From Desulfobacterales bacterium (lineage in GTDB: Bacteria > Desulfobacterota > Desulfobacteria > Desulfobacterales > UBA2174), in contig CAXXWC010000010.1 of assembly GCA_963668645.2 (NCBI GenBank), positions 224,001 through 288,000 on the forward strand: a DNA stretch of 64,000 nt. Direction: 5' to 3'. The notes beneath the pieces were generated by a model. That model made no database searches. It was not told the origin of the DNA and worked only from the letters and a program-made list of their open reading frames with translations. Below, in pieces: positions 47,439 to 58,204 of the stretch. Made by a program: the position numbers and the translations under genes. The number at the start of each line of letters is the position of its first letter. The first letter of the stretch is position 1.

Positions 47439-48659
47439 TTATTTCAGATACTGAGGCCGGAACGGCTCACCCACGGCCCTGAAAACGCCGTTCTTGACCA
47501 CGTAGAGCTGCAAGGTGTCCACGCCCATGCGGTCGGTGAGTGAATAGGTCACCGGCCCGACGGTGGTCAGGGGCTGGTACGCCTTGTCGCCGTTCATCTG
47601 GTTGAGGGTCTCGTAGAGCGCCGCCCGGGTAACCTCTTTGCCGGCCTCGCGGGTGCGCCGGATCGCTTCCACCGCCACCTGGGCCGCCATGATGCCGTTG
47701 GTGTAGTTGTGGGAGTTGGCGGTCTTTTCATCGCGCCCATACTTTTTGGCCAGATCGAGCTGCCAGTCGGCCCAGGGGCCTTTTTCAGAGGTCAGCCGGT
47801 AGGAAGTGGTCCAATAAAAGCCTTCGGCGGCCGTACCGGCCAAAGCGATCAGATCGTTGCCGCCGGTGTAATGGGCCCCCAGGAAGGTGATCTTACCCTT
47901 TTCGCCGAAGCTCTTGGCCGTCAACCCGAGCCGCTGGGAGTCGTTGATCAGGGTGACCACCGGCGACTGCACGGTCTGGCACAGTACGTACTGAACCCCC
48001 TTGCTGTGCAGCCGCTGGAGCAGGGCGCTGTTGTCCAGGTCCTTGCCATGCTCGACCACCTCAACGATCTCAAGCTTCATGCCGGCGGCCAGGGCCCCCT
48101 TGAAGTCTTCCACCGGCGCCCGCCCGAAGGCCGAGGGATGGATGAAGAGGGCCACCTTGGGCACATCTTTTCCCGGGTGGTTCTTGGTCACATATTCGCC
48201 CAGACCGACGTACTGGTGGGAGTAGGAGGCGATGGGCAAGAAGATGTATTTGGCCGCGTCCACGATCCCTTTGTGAAAGGAGGCGGGAATGACCGGGATT
48301 TCGACCTCGTCGAAATCCTTGGCCAGGGCCAGATTGGCGCCGGTGGCGTAGCTGAGGAAAAGCACGATCCCCTGATCGAGGTAGTCTTCGAAGTTGCGTT
48401 TGGTGACCGCCGTTTCATACATGTCGTCGCGAATCGGGCAATCCACCTTTGCATCGCCGAGAATCCCCGTGTCGTTGACCAGGCGCATGTAGTCTTCCAC
48501 GCCCTTGGAGTACGGATTACCGGCATCCGAGGTCGGCCCGGTGATCGCCAGCGACAAACCGAGCTTGTAGGTTTCGCCGGCCGTGGCCGGAACCGTGAAT
48601 GCCAACGCCAGCCCGACGGCGATGACGACGATCCATCCTCGCAACAATATGGCTTTCAT
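47439..48659 (-). CDS. ABC substrate-binding protein (LivJ/K-type)
   Basis: Signal peptide, GLSLAITGPTS; position within a Liv-type operon. Confidence 0.88.
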   Translation of the reverse strand: MKAILLRGWIVVIAVGLALAFTVPATAGETYKLGLSLAITGPTSDAGNPYSKGVEDYMRLVNDTGILGDAKVDCPIRDDMYETAVTKRNFEDYLDQGIVLFLSYATGANLALAKDFDEVEIPVIPASFHKGIVDAAKYIFLPIASYSHQYVGLGEYVTKNHPGKDVPKVALFIHPSAFGRAPVEDFKGALAAGMKLEIVEVVEHGKDLDNSALLQRLHSKGVQYVLCQTVQSPVVTLINDSQRLGLTAKSFGEKGKITFLGAHYTGGNDLIALAGTAAEGFYWTTSYRLTSEKGPWADWQLDLAKKYGRDEKTANSHNYTNGIMAAQVAVEAIRRTREAGKEVTRAALYETLNQMNGDKAYQPLTTVGPVTYSLTDRMGVDTLQLYVVKNGVFRAVGEPFRPQYLK

Positions 48660-48737
48660 TTTTCCCCCCTTTGGTAATTGGTTGACCTTTGCCGTCGGCG
48701 CCGCCTTCCATGGCGGGCGCCGTTTTCTCCAGGCCTT

Positions 48738-49832
48738 TCAATAACGAAACGGCCAGAGTTTGACGTAGGAGCGGCAGATACGCCACCAGTTGGCGATGCC
48801 CCGCGGTTCGAACATCAAAAACAGCACGATCGCCAGCCCGAAACCAAGCGGCCGCAGGGCCGTGGCCAGATTCAAGACGGCCGGCAGAAAGGTGCCGGCC
48901 CACTCGGAGAGGTGCTCCATCTGCAGTTCGAGGATCTGGATCGCCACCGGCCCGAAAAGGCTGCCGGGCAGGGTCCCCAGACCGCCCACGATGGCCATGG
49001 CCAGATAGATGATCGAATGGTGCAGGGTAAACGATTCAAAGCCTGCCCCGCGGAACATGTAGGTGTGCAGGGCCCCGGCGATCCCGGCGAAAAAGCCCGC
49101 CAGGGCGAAGGCGTAGACCTTGGTCAGGCCCGGGTGCATGCCCATGGCGTCCGCGGCCCGGTCGTTATCGCGCACCGCCACCAGACAGCGCCCGTACCGC
49201 GAGCGCAGCAGGTTGCGCACGCCCAGACCGCAGACGACGGCGGTCACCAGGATCACGTAGTACCAAAACAGGTAGTGTTCGCTGCGGCCCACGCGGCCGT
49301 TGATCCAGAACACCCGGCCCACGGCGATCATCTGCCCTTGGTTGAAAAAGGGCATGAAACTGATCGTCCAGGTAAAAATCATCTGGAACGACAAGGTGGC
49401 GATGGCCAGGTAAAGATGCTTGAGGCGCATGGCCGGCAGCCCCACGAAAGCCCCGAAGACGGCCCCCATCAGGCCTGAGACGAGAATCATCAGGGGCCAG
49501 GCATGGGTGATGAGCACGTGGCTGTCCCCGATGGTCCGGGCCGTGGCGGCCAGGGTGTAGGCCCCGATTCCCACGAAAGCGGCATGCCCGATGGAGATCA
49601 GCCCGGCGAATCCGGTCACCAGGTTCAAACCGTAGACGGCCACCACCGCGATGAGGATATTGTTGATCACCAGCATCGTGCGATTGCTGGCATCCACAAA
49701 CAGCGGCCAGACGAAAAGGGCGGCCAGAAATACGATAAACAGCCCCCGGTCCAGATGGGTGCGGAAAATCTGCTGCTCCTGGCGGTAGCTGGTGTAAAAA
49801 TTGCCGGTGGCAAACCATCGGTTGGCGGACAT
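48738..49832 (-). CDS. ABC permease, LivM-like
   Basis: GFAGLISIGHAAF, YLAIATL, AVRDNDRAA, IVGGLG. Confidence 0.93.
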   Translation of the reverse strand: MSANRWFATGNFYTSYRQEQQIFRTHLDRGLFIVFLAALFVWPLFVDASNRTMLVINNILIAVVAVYGLNLVTGFAGLISIGHAAFVGIGAYTLAATARTIGDSHVLITHAWPLMILVSGLMGAVFGAFVGLPAMRLKHLYLAIATLSFQMIFTWTISFMPFFNQGQMIAVGRVFWINGRVGRSEHYLFWYYVILVTAVVCGLGVRNLLRSRYGRCLVAVRDNDRAADAMGMHPGLTKVYAFALAGFFAGIAGALHTYMFRGAGFESFTLHHSIIYLAMAIVGGLGTLPGSLFGPVAIQILELQMEHLSEWAGTFLPAVLNLATALRPLGFGLAIVLFLMFEPRGIANWWRICRSYVKLWPFRY

Positions 49833-49835
49833 GGC

Positions 49836-50729
49836 TTAGACTCGCTCGATTTCGTGGGTCCCGAACAACCCGTGGGGTTTGAACAAAAGAATGACCAAAA
49901 GAATGATATAGGGCAGTACGTCGGCCGTGCCGTGGAGCCCCCAGTTGCCGTCCAGGTATCCGGCAGCGAACTGCTGGATCAAGCCCATGATGATCCCGGC
50001 CACCACCGCTCCGATGATCGAATCCAGCCCCCCGAGAATCACCACCGGAAAGACCGTAATGCCGAAAGCGCGCAGGGTTTCGAAGTTCAACCCGGTGATA
50101 TTGCCGATGATGGCGCCGGCACCGGCGGCGCTCAGGCCGGCCATGGCCCAGGCCAGCCCGAAGACCCGGGGCACGGAAATGCCCACGCTCATGGAGGCGA
50201 ACTGGTCGTCGGATACCGCCCGCATGCTGATGCCCAGGGTTGCACTTTTAAAGAACCACGAAAATATGCCGATCAAAACGGCGGTAATGACCACGCCCAC
50301 CAACTGGGTCCAGGAAATCGAGACCCCCCCAAGGCTGAGCGGTGTGGATGGCAGAAACTCGGGAAATGAGAAGTTGAGCGAACCGAAGGGGGTCAGGTAG
50401 ATGATCCCGTCGAGAATCGACATCAACCCGATGGTGACCATGATCACCGAGATGATCGGCTCTCCGATGAGGCGGCGCAAAAATATGCGCTCGACACTCA
50501 TGGCCAGAAAGAAAGTGATCACCATGCTGGCCAGAAAGGAGATCACGATGGGAATCCCGGCCCAAGCGGTGAGGGCGAAGACGATATAGGCCCCCCCGGC
50601 GATGATCTGCCCGTGGGCGATGTTGAGCACCCGGCTCGATTTGTAGATCAGCACAAAGCCCAGGGCTGAAAGGGCGTATATGGAGCCGACCACAATGCCG
50701 CTGACGACCAGTTGGAAAAAATAGGTCAT
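49836..50729 (-). CDS. ABC permease, LivH-like
   Basis: GSIYALSALGF, NIAHG, MRAVSD, ILGGLDS; start MTYFFQ. Confidence 0.93.
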   Translation of the reverse strand: MTYFFQLVVSGIVVGSIYALSALGFVLIYKSSRVLNIAHGQIIAGGAYIVFALTAWAGIPIVISFLASMVITFFLAMSVERIFLRRLIGEPIISVIMVTIGLMSILDGIIYLTPFGSLNFSFPEFLPSTPLSLGGVSISWTQLVGVVITAVLIGIFSWFFKSATLGISMRAVSDDQFASMSVGISVPRVFGLAWAMAGLSAAGAGAIIGNITGLNFETLRAFGITVFPVVILGGLDSIIGAVVAGIIMGLIQQFAAGYLDGNWGLHGTADVLPYIILLVILLFKPHGLFGTHEIERV

Positions 50730-52711
50730 GGCAAATCCACCTTTTCTGCGCCCTCCCATTCCAGCGTATAAAACGGCATATTCGTGCGCACTGTCGTCGT
50801 CTGCCCGTCCTGATAGCGGAATTCGGCTTCCACCTCGCGCTCAGCGACGGTCTCGTCGTAGAGGGTCTCGTAGAGCGGGTGGTATTTTTCACGCACGAAC
50901 TGGCGCCGGATCTTGCCCGTCTTGGTCAACTCGCCATCGTCCATATCCAGCAACTTGTAAAGAATGGCGAAACGCCGGATGCGAAAATGGGGTTTTTCCA
51001 CGTTGCGGTTGAAAGCCTCCACTTCGGCTCCGATCAATTGGGCCACCTCGGGCTTGAGGGACAAGTCCATGTAAGTGGTAAAGGACAGGCCCCGGTCCTC
51101 GGCCCATTTGCCCACGATGATCGGATCGATATTGATCAGGGCCGCGACATAGTCGCACCGGTCGCCGAATATGACCGCCTCTTTTATATAGGGGCTGAAC
51201 TTGAGCTTGTTTTCCAAAAACATGGGACTGAACATGTCGCCGGTCCGGTTGTGCATCACGTCGGAAATACGGTCGATGACCACCAGATGGCCGTCGGGGT
51301 CCACGAACCCGGCGTCTCCCGAATGCAGCCACCCGTCTTCGAGCAGCTCTTCGGTCTTTTCGGGCAGCTTGTAATAGCCCTTGCACACCGATGGCGAACG
51401 CGACAGGATCTCGCCGATGTCACTGATGCGGCACTCGGTACCGGGCAGCGGTTTGCCCACCGTATCCGGGCGGATATCGCCGTCGCGGTGCATGTAGGCG
51501 ATGCCGGTAATCTCGGTCTGACCGTAGATCTGTTTGAGGTTGACCCCCATGGCCTGATAGAAGGTGAACAGATCCGGCCCCAGGGCGGCCCCGCCGGTAT
51601 AGGCGCGCCGCAGCCGTAAAAAGCCGATCTGGTTGATCAGGGGCCGGAACACGAGCTGATCCCCGATCCAGGCCTTCACCCGCAGCCCCAGCGGCATGGG
51701 GGCACCCCTCATGCGGAACTTGGCCGCCTTCTGCCCCACCCGGCTGAAATAATGATAGCAAATCCGGTTGATCCAGTAGGAATCGTCGATCTTGAGCCAG
51801 ATCTGGCTGCGGATGGTTTCGTATATGCGCGGGGCCCCGAAGATAAAATGCGGCCCGATCTCCTTTAAGTCCTCCATGCTCGTTTCCACCGACTCGGGGA
51901 AATTGACCGTGATACCGGTGGCCATAGCGATCCCGAAGGAATTCATCTGCTCGCCGATCCAGGCCATGGGCAAGAAGGAAAGGTATTCGTCGCTTTCAGC
52001 CAGGCAATCGACCTTGGTGATCTGAATCCCCATGTTGATGTAGTTGCGATGGCACATCATGGCGCCTTTGGGCAGTCCGGTGGTTCCCGAGGTCAGACAG
52101 AGAAAACAGACGTCGTCAGGCTTTCCCTGGTCGATAATGGCCTCTATATGGCCCGGATTGGCCGCCAGGGCCTCGCGGCCCAGTTCCAGAAGCTGGTCGA
52201 ACTCGAGGAACCAGTCGTCGGTGCGGTAGTTGCGCATTCCGCGCGGATCTTCGTAGATGACCCGCACCACCCCGGGAATCTGCTCGCGTACCTCCACCAG
52301 CTTGTCCACTTGTTCCTGGTCGCTGCAAAAAACCACACTGATTTCCAGATAGTTGAGAATGCCGGCAATCTCCCCCGGCAGACTCGTCTGGTAAATTCCG
52401 GCCCCGATCCCACCTGCGGACATGGTCCCCACCGCCGTGAAGAGCATTTCGGGGATGTTGTCGCCGATCAGGGCCAGCTTCATCCCCGGGGCGAAACCGA
52501 TCCGAACCAGACCGGCGGCTACCTCCTGGACACTCTGGTAGTAGCGGCGCCAGGTGTAGGGGTTCCAGATGCCGAATTCCTTTTCCCGCAGGGCGACCTT
52601 GTCCGGGGTCTTGCCGACCCGCCAGCGCAGCAGTTGAGGAATGGTTAGATCCACCAGATGGTCGGTGTGTTGCAGCATTTTTTCCGTGTCAGTCTTCGCC
52701 GATGTAAGCAT
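50726..52711 (-). CDS. Long-chain fatty-acid--CoA ligase embedded in the ABC operon
   Basis: TSGTTGLPKG, YGQTE, HSGDAG, GELTKTGK. Confidence 0.93.
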   Translation of the reverse strand: MLTSAKTDTEKMLQHTDHLVDLTIPQLLRWRVGKTPDKVALREKEFGIWNPYTWRRYYQSVQEVAAGLVRIGFAPGMKLALIGDNIPEMLFTAVGTMSAGGIGAGIYQTSLPGEIAGILNYLEISVVFCSDQEQVDKLVEVREQIPGVVRVIYEDPRGMRNYRTDDWFLEFDQLLELGREALAANPGHIEAIIDQGKPDDVCFLCLTSGTTGLPKGAMMCHRNYINMGIQITKVDCLAESDEYLSFLPMAWIGEQMNSFGIAMATGITVNFPESVETSMEDLKEIGPHFIFGAPRIYETIRSQIWLKIDDSYWINRICYHYFSRVGQKAAKFRMRGAPMPLGLRVKAWIGDQLVFRPLINQIGFLRLRRAYTGGAALGPDLFTFYQAMGVNLKQIYGQTEITGIAYMHRDGDIRPDTVGKPLPGTECRISDIGEILSRSPSVCKGYYKLPEKTEELLEDGWLHSGDAGFVDPDGHLVVIDRISDVMHNRTGDMFSPMFLENKLKFSPYIKEAVIFGDRCDYVAALINIDPIIVGKWAEDRGLSFTTYMDLSLKPEVAQLIGAEVEAFNRNVEKPHFRIRRFAILYKLLDMDDGELTKTGKIRRQFVREKYHPLYETLYDETVAEREVEAEFRYQDGQTTTVRTNMPFYTLEWEGAEKVDLP

Positions 52712-53450
52712 CGATCACCTTGCGATTGGCAGCCACTTCCCTGGGGCTGCCGGCCCCGATCAGTTCCCCGAAATCGAGCACATAGACCTGATCGGAGATA
52801 TCCATCACCACGCCCAGGTCGTGTTCGACCAAAATCACGCTGATGCTGCGCTCCTTCAAAATGTCCATGATAAAGCGCACCATGTCTTCCTTCTCCTCGA
52901 TATTCATGCCGGCCATCGGTTCATCGAGAAGAAGCAGCTGGGGCCCCAGCGTCAAGGCCCGGGCGACCTCCACACGTTTTTGGATCCCGTAGCTGAGACT
53001 GCCCACCGGCCGCTTGCGGAACGGTTCGAGTTCCATGAAGTCGATCACATCCTCGACAAAGGCCCGGTTTTGGGCTTCGAGCCGCGAGGCTTTGCCCCAG
53101 TAGACCACAGCATGCAAGAAGCCGTAGGAAAGGTGGCGGTGGCGCGCGAGCATCAGGTTGTCGAGAACCGTCAGGCCGCTGAAAAGCTCCAGGTTTTGAA
53201 AGGCCCGGGCGATCCCCTTTTTGGTAACCTGATGGGGCGAGGCCCGGGTCAAACGTTCGCTCCCGTAACGGATCTCACCTTGGGTGGGATGATAGAAACC
53301 GGAGATGCAGTTCAGCAGGCTGGTCTTGCCCGCGCCGTTGGGACCGATCACCGAGGTGATCAGGCCCGGCTGAATCTGCATGTCCACTCCGGTCAGGGCG
53401 TTGAGACCTCCGAAGGTCAGGGTGACTTCCGAAATGGTCAGGGTATTCAT
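52689..53450 (-). CDS. ABC ATPase, LivG-like
   Basis: GPNGAGKTS, LSYG, LLDEPMAG, VEHD; alternative start at 53477. Confidence 0.93.
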   Translation of the reverse strand: MNTLTISEVTLTFGGLNALTGVDMQIQPGLITSVIGPNGAGKTSLLNCISGFYHPTQGEIRYGSERLTRASPHQVTKKGIARAFQNLELFSGLTVLDNLMLARHRHLSYGFLHAVVYWGKASRLEAQNRAFVEDVIDFMELEPFRKRPVGSLSYGIQKRVEVARALTLGPQLLLLDEPMAGMNIEEKEDMVRFIMDILKERSISVILVEHDLGVVMDISDQVYVLDFGELIGAGSPREVAANRKVIDAYIGED

Positions 53451-53866
53451 GTCGTTATGGACCGTCCGCGCTTGCATGATGACAAGATTAATAAATAAAA
53501 TTCATTAACCAATTTTACGTAAAAAGATGAATATCAATGGTTTTTTAGGCGAGTCAAGGGAAAGGTTGGAAGCGCGGATTCATGCTGAGCCTTCCCTACT
53601 ATGTCTCGGACAGCTTAAAAATGACGCCCTCGGATTAAAAGGAATGATGCCCGCCGCCGCCTGCTGGCACCACTTGCAGCCCCGGCGAGATCTGCAAGAT
53701 CATGATCGGCCATGATTCCGGCCGGGTAGATCCGGTCAAGCGCCGGCTCGGCTCCTGGCCGCGGCCGATTCCGTCTGTCCCGGCCCGAATCCGGGCAAGG
53801 CGGCGTTCCAGAAGCAATACCGGCTCAGTGCTATGTTTGAAGTGGTTTTGCAGTGGGCAAATACCA

Positions 53867-55456
53867 CTATTTTTCGAACCCCATGAGACAGGTGGCCAAA
53901 TTGATCTTCTTGTTGGTCAGCCCCAGCTTGCGCCGGATGTTAAAGCGGTGGAACATGACGGTATTTTTGGACACGCACAACAGGGCGGCCATCTCCTGGT
54001 TGGTCTTGCCCGCGCGCACCAGATTGGCCACCCGGATTTCCATCGGCGTCAGGGCGTAGGCCTTGGAGCCCAGCCGCCCGATGAAGGGCGAAACGATATT
54101 GTTCAGGTTGGTTTCCACAATCCTGACCAGGGTGAGCTGATCGGTGTTCAGCCGGCTTTTTTTGAGCCGCTCCAGATAAGGAGCGACCAGTTCCTTGAGG
54201 TTGGCCAGAACGTTTTCCTGCAGTTCGGCGCGATCCGATTCACGCTGTTTGAGCAAGACCTTGAGGGCCGTATTGACTTCGGCCAGGTGGCGCGACTGGG
54301 CCTCCAGGTCCGCTTCGCGCCGCCGCAGAGCCTCTTCCACGGCCCGGCGTTCGTCCACTTCGCGCGCCAGCAGCCGGTTGCTGGCGGCCAGTTCGGCGGT
54401 CCGGTCCGCCACCCGCTGTTCCAGATCTTCCTGATATTCCCTGAGCTGGCGCGCGGCGCGTTTATGGGCGCTGATATCGCGCAAAATCACGATATTGCCC
54501 GCCGGATCGCCGTTTTCATTGTGGTAGAGCGTCGAGCTGATCTGCACGTCCAGGACCCGCCCGTCCTTGGTTCGCCGGCGGGTTTCAAACATCTGGATCG
54601 TCTCGCCGGCAAGCATGTTGCGGATCGCGGTTCGGGTCTCGGGCCAATTTTCTTGGGGGACGAAGTCGATGCGCCGGCCGATCAGTTCCTCTCTCGACCA
54701 TCCGAGGGTGCGGCCAAAGGCGGGGTTGATGTAGGTCGCGGCCCCGTTCATGTCGTAGACCACGATGGGATCGGGGGACGATTCCAGAAGGGACCGGTAG
54801 CGTTTTTCACTGTCTCGCACCACCGCCTCGGCCCGCTGCCGTTCTGCCAGCTCCCGCTTGAGATCTTCATAAAGCTTGGCCTTGTCCAGGGCGACCAGCG
54901 CCAGTTCGGCGAACCGCGACAGGACTTCCACATCCGTCGGGCCGAAGCGCTTTTGCGGGTCCAAAGCCGCCAATCCGATGACCCCCTGAACCTCCTGAGC
55001 GGATTTGAGCGGGATGCCGATCACCGAATGCAGGCCGTCGAAGGCTTTCCCGATCAAGCGAAAGGGCCAGCAGCGGTAATCCTCCACCAGAACCGGCGCA
55101 CCGGTAACCCAAACCTGCCCGCCCACGCCTTGGCCCGAGCGGACCGTCAAGCCGAGAAGACCGGTGAAAAGCCCCATGCCGACCTGCATCTGCAGCGTTT
55201 CCGAATCGGGCTGGCGCAAGTAGATATACCCGTGGCAGGACCCGGTCAGCCGGGCGGCGCGGTCCAGGATGGCTTCGAGCAGCGCACTGGCATCCAGCCG
55301 ATCGATCAACCCCAGGCTGGTCTCATGAAGGGCGGCCAGATAGGCATTTTGCCGTTGCAGGGCCGCAATTTCGGTCTGGCGCAAGTCGGGTTCCCGCTCC
55401 GAAGATTCCACGCTATTGCCAGATCCTGATGCCCCGTTGCCGGATCGTATCGACAT
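53867..55456 (-). CDS. GAF-PAS-LuxR HTH one-component regulator
   Basis: GAF, PAS (PDPIVVYD...NPAF), coiled coil and C-terminal LTPMEIRVA...HRFNIRRKLG. Confidence 0.9.
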   Translation of the reverse strand: MSIRSGNGASGSGNSVESSEREPDLRQTEIAALQRQNAYLAALHETSLGLIDRLDASALLEAILDRAARLTGSCHGYIYLRQPDSETLQMQVGMGLFTGLLGLTVRSGQGVGGQVWVTGAPVLVEDYRCWPFRLIGKAFDGLHSVIGIPLKSAQEVQGVIGLAALDPQKRFGPTDVEVLSRFAELALVALDKAKLYEDLKRELAERQRAEAVVRDSEKRYRSLLESSPDPIVVYDMNGAATYINPAFGRTLGWSREELIGRRIDFVPQENWPETRTAIRNMLAGETIQMFETRRRTKDGRVLDVQISSTLYHNENGDPAGNIVILRDISAHKRAARQLREYQEDLEQRVADRTAELAASNRLLAREVDERRAVEEALRRREADLEAQSRHLAEVNTALKVLLKQRESDRAELQENVLANLKELVAPYLERLKKSRLNTDQLTLVRIVETNLNNIVSPFIGRLGSKAYALTPMEIRVANLVRAGKTNQEMAALLCVSKNTVMFHRFNIRRKLGLTNKKINLATCLMGFEK

Positions 55457-55470
55457 GGTGGTTCTCCATC

Positions 55471-55510
55471 TTGACCGAGGAATATGAAAACTGTATTTTC
55501 AATGAAATAC
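55471..55510 (+). promoter_or_regulatory. Putative sigma70 promoter with overlapping inverted repeats
   Basis: TTGACC-17-TATTTT; TGAAAA-N5-TTTTCA and GTATTT-N6-AAATAC overlap the -10. Confidence 0.45.
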
Positions 55511-55568
55511 GTTCAGATTGTAAAATTTAATTTACCCGCCTGCAACCCTTTCACCGACAGGAGGCACC

Positions 55569-57239
55569 ATGCCCAGCCCACCGATCATGGGATTTCCCGC
55601 CACCTCCCAGGACGAATACCAGCTCAACGTCATCAACATCTTGCGCCAAGCGGCCCGCACCTTCGGGCGCCAGCAGATCGTGGCTTACAGCCTGGGGGGA
55701 GTCAACCGAACCACATACCGGCAAACTTACAGCCGGGTGCAACGTCTGGCCAACGCACTCGAAAAACTCGGCGTAAAAACCGGGGATCGCATCGGGGTGA
55801 TGGACTGGAACTCGCTGCGCCATTTCGAGGCCTACTTCGGCGTGCCGGGCACCGGAGCGGTGCTGCTGCTGCTCAACATCCGCCTGGCGCCACCGGACCT
55901 GATCCATGTGATCAACCACGCGGGCGCCAAATTCATCTTGGTGGATGAAACCCTGCTCCCGTTGATCGCCGCCGTAGCCCCCAAGCTGGAAAGTGTCAAA
56001 GGATATGTGGTGATGACCGACAAGCCGCTGGCTGAAATCAAGACCGACCTGAGCCCCCTTTTCAGCTATGAGGACCTGCTGGGCGAGGCGCCCGAGAAGT
56101 ACAAATGGCCGGTCCTCGACGAACGCTCGGCCTACGGGGCCTGTTACACCACCGGCACCACGGGGCAGCCCAAGGGAGTCTACTACTCGCACCGCTGCGT
56201 ATTTCTGCACGCCATGACCATCGCCAGCAATGCCGAAATTTCCTACCGGGATTGTTTCTACCAGCTCGTGCCGATGTTCCATGCCCTGGGCTGGGGCATT
56301 CCCCACGCCAGTATCCTGGTGGGGGCCAAATACCTCCTGCCAGGGATGTACAACATCGCCGATCTGGGCAGCCTGGCCAAACCCCTGGTGGCCGAAAAGG
56401 TGACCGCCACCGCCGGGGCCCCGGCCCTGTTCATGCCGATGATCGAATATATCCGGGGGCTGGAGGAAAAACCGGACCTGCATGGCGCCCGATTCATTTC
56501 CGGGGCCAGCGAGCCTTCCCTGGCTTTGATGAAAAGCTATTATGAAATGACCGGCGCCGAGATCATCCACGCTTACGGAGCCACCGAAACCACCCCGCTG
56601 GTGACCATCAACAGGCTCAAGCCCTGGATGGAAAACGAACTGGACGAGGAGGCCAAGTGGGACATGAAACGCCGCCAAGGATATCCGGTGGTGGGCCTCG
56701 ACCTCAAGATAGTCGATGCATTCGGCAACAAGGTGGCCCAGGACGGCAAATCCGCCGGTGAAATCCTGATCCGCGGCCCCTGGATCACCGCCGGCTACTA
56801 CAACGCACCGGGCAGCGAGGCCCAGTTCACCGCAGACGGCTACTGGAAAAGCGGCGATGCCGGCACCATCGATGCAGAGGGCTACGTGAAGATCACAGAC
56901 CGGGTCAAGGACCTGATCAAGAGCGGCGGCGAGTGGATCTCGTCGGTGGACATGGAAAACGAGATCATGGCCCACCCCAAAGTTATGGAGGCCTCGGTAA
57001 CCGGGGTGGCCCATCCCAAGTGGGAGGAGCGGCCCGTGGCCGTGGTGGTGCCGCGCCCGGAGTTCAAGGATACTCTCGATGCCGAGGAGATTCGCGCCCA
57101 TCTGGCGCTGAAATTCGCCAAATGGCAGTTGCCCGAGGCGGTCCTTTTCGTTTCCGAAATTCCCAAGACCAGCGTGGGCAAGTTCAACAAGAAGGCGATC
57201 CGCGAGACATACAAGGACATCTATCAAAAGGCCGATTAG
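55569..57239 (+). CDS. Fatty-acid--CoA ligase (AlkK/DmdB-like)
   Basis: YTTGTTGQPKG, PMFHALGWG, YGATET, IKSGGEWISS, PKTSVGK. Confidence 0.94.
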   Translation: MPSPPIMGFPATSQDEYQLNVINILRQAARTFGRQQIVAYSLGGVNRTTYRQTYSRVQRLANALEKLGVKTGDRIGVMDWNSLRHFEAYFGVPGTGAVLLLLNIRLAPPDLIHVINHAGAKFILVDETLLPLIAAVAPKLESVKGYVVMTDKPLAEIKTDLSPLFSYEDLLGEAPEKYKWPVLDERSAYGACYTTGTTGQPKGVYYSHRCVFLHAMTIASNAEISYRDCFYQLVPMFHALGWGIPHASILVGAKYLLPGMYNIADLGSLAKPLVAEKVTATAGAPALFMPMIEYIRGLEEKPDLHGARFISGASEPSLALMKSYYEMTGAEIIHAYGATETTPLVTINRLKPWMENELDEEAKWDMKRRQGYPVVGLDLKIVDAFGNKVAQDGKSAGEILIRGPWITAGYYNAPGSEAQFTADGYWKSGDAGTIDAEGYVKITDRVKDLIKSGGEWISSVDMENEIMAHPKVMEASVTGVAHPKWEERPVAVVVPRPEFKDTLDAEEIRAHLALKFAKWQLPEAVLFVSEIPKTSVGKFNKKAIRETYKDIYQKAD

Positions 57240-57263
57240 GGCCGGTGCGCCATCTTCATCCGG

Positions 57264-57926
57264 CTATGCGCCGGACTTTTCCAGTGCCGCCTTGACCGCC
57301 GCCACCACCTGCTGCGGATCGTCGAGCACCTGAACGATGTCCAGGTCGGTGGCCCCGATCATACCGCCGGCCAGCAGCCGCTGGCGGATCCAATCCACCA
57401 GGCCGCCCCAGTAGTCGCTGCCCACCAGGATGACCGGCAGCGGCCTGATGCGGTGGGTCTGGATCAAGGTGACGGCCTCGAACAGTTCGTCCAGGGTGCC
57501 GAAGCCCCCCGGCATGGCGATGTAGGCCGAAGCGTACTTGACGAACATCACCTTGCGCACGAAGAAATACTTGAACTCCAGGCGCAGGCTGGCGTACCGG
57601 TTGGGCACCTGTTCATGGGGCAGGCGGATGTTGAGCCCCACCGATTGGCCGCCGGCCGCCGCCGCTCCGCGGTTGGCGGCTTCCATCACCCCGCCGCCGC
57701 CGCCGGTGATCACGGCAAACCCCTCTTCGGCAAACAGGCCGGCGAGCAGTTCGGCCTTCTGGTAAACCGGATCCTGCTCCGAGATCCGCGCCGAACCGAA
57801 GATGCTGACCGCCGGTCCCAGGTCGTGCAGCGCCTCTACCCCGTCTACGAATTCGCCGATAATGCGAAACAGTCGCCAGGATTCTCCCAGTTTGAAGTCG
57901 TCGATCAGAAACTGCTTTTCGGCCAT
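57264..57926 (-). CDS. LOG family (TIGR00730) nucleotide-binding protein
   Basis: SIFGSAR, TGGGGGVM, FFVRK, PGGFGTLDE; AGGAG RBS. Confidence 0.94.
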   Translation of the reverse strand: MAEKQFLIDDFKLGESWRLFRIIGEFVDGVEALHDLGPAVSIFGSARISEQDPVYQKAELLAGLFAEEGFAVITGGGGGVMEAANRGAAAAGGQSVGLNIRLPHEQVPNRYASLRLEFKYFFVRKVMFVKYASAYIAMPGGFGTLDELFEAVTLIQTHRIRPLPVILVGSDYWGGLVDWIRQRLLAGGMIGATDLDIVQVLDDPQQVVAAVKAALEKSGA

Positions 57927-58204
57927 GCACACTCCTTCCGGCCCGCCGGGGCGGTGGATCTTCCTTAATTGACAATTGGCGCAAAATGGTGCTGGCGCAA
58001 TTTGCCGGGCCACACCTGAATTTGACAATCTCCGGATGTCTTGATAGATGGTCCAGAATTTGCATTTTGTCGTTGGCTAGCAGCGCCGGCTGCCGGTAAC
58101 GATCATCCGGTTGCCGGACCGGCGCCGCTGCAACGGCCGACATCACCGCCGGCCCCGGGGCCGGCGTTTGAATTGATCAGATCCAGGCCGCAGGTTAATA
58201 TGCC

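Noticed and set aside
53665..53678. TGGCAC...TTGCA sigma54-like motif
   Set aside because: The spacer is 3 nt instead of 5 and no plus-strand gene follows.
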